From positions 372,001-436,000 of the forward strand of contig JAHDYR010000002.1 of assembly GCA_019828565.1 (NCBI GenBank): DNA of 64,000 nucleotides. The letters are read 5' to 3'. The translations under genes and the position numbers were made by a program. Each line of letters begins with the position of its first letter. Position 1 is the stretch's first letter. Under the pieces are notes generated by a model, which was not told where the DNA came from, made no database searches, and saw only the letters and a list, made by a program, of their open reading frames with translations. The DNA is from Carpediemonas membranifera BICM. Lineage: Eukaryota > Protista > Fornicata. This document shows positions 63,301 through 64,000 of the stretch, piece by piece.

Positions 63301-64000
63301 GCTGGCGCCGTCCACCGACCACTTGCCAGTGGCGCAGTCGTCTTGGGTCGTGTGCGGCTGGTTGTCGTCAATAACGAAGTGGCCGGCGTCGGCCTCGACG
63401 CAGGTGGCCTTGCCGGTGGCAGGCTGGTAGTGGCCGTTGTCGCAGACGAGCTGGGTCGTGTGCGCGTCGCCGTCGGCCGGGACGTAGTAGCCGGCGTCTG
63501 CGGTGTCGCACGAGGCCTGCGCGGGGTCGGGTTGGTACTTGCCGTCGTTGCACTTGATACAGACAGCGGCGAGCGCACCGGAGTAGGTGCCTGCGGGGCA
63601 GTCCTCCTGGGCTATGTGGGCGTCGCCGTCGTCGGGAACGAAGTGGCCGGGGGTCGCATCAAGGCAGGTCGACTGCACGCTGTTCGGCTGGTACTTGCCG
63701 TTGTTGCACTTGATGCAGGTAGACGCGCCGGCCTCCGAGTATGTGCCTGCGGGGCAGTCCTCCTGGCCTGACTGGTCGCTGTTCGTCTTGTGGCCCGCCG
63801 TCGCCTGGGTGCAGCTGGACTGGCCGGTGCCGGCATACTTGCCTGCGTCGCACGGCTCCTGCGCGGTGTGCGGCGTGTCGACGTTCTCGACGTAGTGACC
63901 CACGCTCGACGTCGTGCATGACGGCGATGCGGCAGAATTGCTGTACTCGCCGTTGAAGCAGTTCGTGCAGGACGAAGCGCCCGCGTTCGAGAAGGTGCCG
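57342..64000 (-). CDS. Giant Cys-rich surface protein (GCC2/GCC3 ephrin-receptor-like repeats, TM, Pro/Ser-rich tail); 5' end beyond window; +1 frameshift at 62494-62497
   Basis: Dozens of CxxGxY...C...AGYY repeats. TM LPVFIALG...GGFLVF. ORFs 57342-62603 and 61987-63903 join at CCCC, where other repeat units have CCC. Confidence 0.85.
60530..64000. repeat. Near-identical 768-bp coding tandem repeat (256 aa); one unit lacks 156 bp
   Basis: The anchor GTGTGCGCGTCGCCGTCGGC recurs at 60541, 61309, 62077, 62690 and 63458 (spacings 768, 768, 613, 768). Confidence 0.9.

Overview
Gene-dense, GC-rich eukaryotic DNA with standard code and rare 29-35 nt GT-AG introns. It most resembles a free-living fornicate/metamonad such as Carpediemonas (inference from gene density, intron size and gene families; not verified). 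Host genes: SAC9-like phosphatase (partial), APC2, a bacterial-type multi-PAS histidine kinase with Cys in place of the phospho-His, a degenerate dynein heavy chain, VPS37, HPS3-like, SANBR/KIAA1841-like, a syntaxin, two Cys-rich surface proteins, two RCC1 proteins, MDH, RPL10A, an ARM-like protein, a PGM2-family mutase, RFC4, TMA16 and PAK1IP1/MAK11. The most striking feature is a dispersed ~1.6-2.5 kb family of RCC1/BLIP-II-like genes: six near-full copies plus two remnants. The copies are combinatorial mosaics of a few interchangeable variable segments inside an invariant framework, and carry swappable N-terminal modules. Each lies co-oriented just behind the stop codon of a host gene. Several are bracketed by a GTCGAC-CCGTGGA-CCCCGGGC direct-repeat motif, and one remnant has captured 165 bp of APC2. 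No transposase or reverse transcriptase is visible. This is a candidate cassette-shuffling diversification system, but consensus/polishing artefacts in repeats must be excluded first.
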